From Nitrososphaera viennensis EN76 (GTDB lineage: Archaea > Thermoproteota > Nitrososphaeria > Nitrososphaerales > Nitrososphaeraceae), in assembly GCF_000698785.1 (NCBI RefSeq), contig NZ_CP007536.1:2370001-2402000 (forward strand): DNA of 32,000 nucleotides, given 5' to 3'. Positions 31,772 to 32,000 of the stretch are shown one piece after another. How positions within the stretch are numbered: position 1 is the stretch's first letter; each line of letters opens with the position of its first letter. A program made the translations under genes and the position numbers. Under the pieces are notes generated by a model, which did not search any database, was not told where the DNA came from, and worked only from the letters and a program-made list of their open reading frames with translations.

Positions 31772-31953
31772 GCAAGGAAACCAGGAATCCTGCAAAGCGG
31801 GATCAGGCGCTTAACGATGCGACCGAGGGGCAGTTTGGCGAAGAGCCGCGGCCAGAGGTCAGGCCAAACGTGGAAAAAAAGAAGGATCAAAGCAGAAACA
31901 CAGCAAAAGACATTCAAGAAAGAGCCAACCGAGAAAAACGCTACGCCATGTAG
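31768..31953 (+). CDS. Small highly charged hypothetical protein (61 aa)
   Basis: TTG start overlaps the upstream stop (TTGA). Composition is similar to the preceding gene. Weak support. Confidence 0.35.
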   Translation: MSKETRNPAKRDQALNDATEGQFGEEPRPEVRPNVEKKKDQSRNTAKDIQERANREKRYAM

Positions 31954-32000
31954 CGGGCGCAAAACTTTGGTGCCGGGAGCCGATCGCCAACAGTCTATCT

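Noticed and set aside
1-32000. Search for CRISPR arrays, rRNA/tRNA genes, transposases/integrases, terminal inverted repeats, prophage or defence-island signatures, and extra AMO subunits (amoA/X/Y/Z)
   Set aside because: I found no direct-repeat/spacer arrays, no rRNA or tRNA hallmarks and no mobile-element ORFs. Composition is uniform apart from promoter-sized AT-rich spacers. No small membrane ORF adjacent to amoB or amoC could be recognised as AmoX/Y/Z.

Overview
This window looks like a chromosomal segment of an ammonia-oxidising thaumarchaeon, probably Nitrososphaera-like (moderately GC-rich by eye). All homology calls rest on reading the translated ORFs and recalling family motifs; no database search was run.

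Densely packed genes on both strands include:
- Information processing: tyrS, topoisomerase VI B/A, radA, and the conserved archaeal block L21e-rpoF-DUF655-ksgA-Mtq2-like methylase.
- Metabolism: class-2 pyrD, icd, ilvC.
- A methylmalonyl-CoA module of the thaumarchaeal 3-hydroxypropionate/4-hydroxybutyrate cycle: a 71-aa ORF, meaB, the mutase large subunit and the epimerase on the minus strand, with the B12-binding subunit transcribed divergently.
- A MacB/FtsX-type ABC operon carrying an embedded gene for a surface protein with four beta-sandwich domains.
- A PEFG-CTERM surface protein, an HPP-family membrane protein and a USP.

Two ammonia monooxygenase genes are present: amoB (11365-11922, minus) and a lone amoC (18523-19086, plus). 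They lie 6.6 kb apart, separated by housekeeping genes, and no amoA or amoX is in the window.

Features missed by the >=60-aa ORF track:
- A well-formed C/D box sRNA candidate (18143-18206).
- Two Cys-rich mini-ORFs flanking the ABC operon: a 45-aa FCS/HIT-like finger and a 46-aa YHS/TRASH protein.
- A possible 53-aa ORF upstream of top6B.

Many genes have an A/T box about 22-25 nt upstream of the start codon, which suggests leaderless or near-leaderless transcripts. Several convergent gene pairs overlap at their stop codons.

I could not support any rRNA, tRNA, CRISPR array, transposase, integrase or prophage signature.
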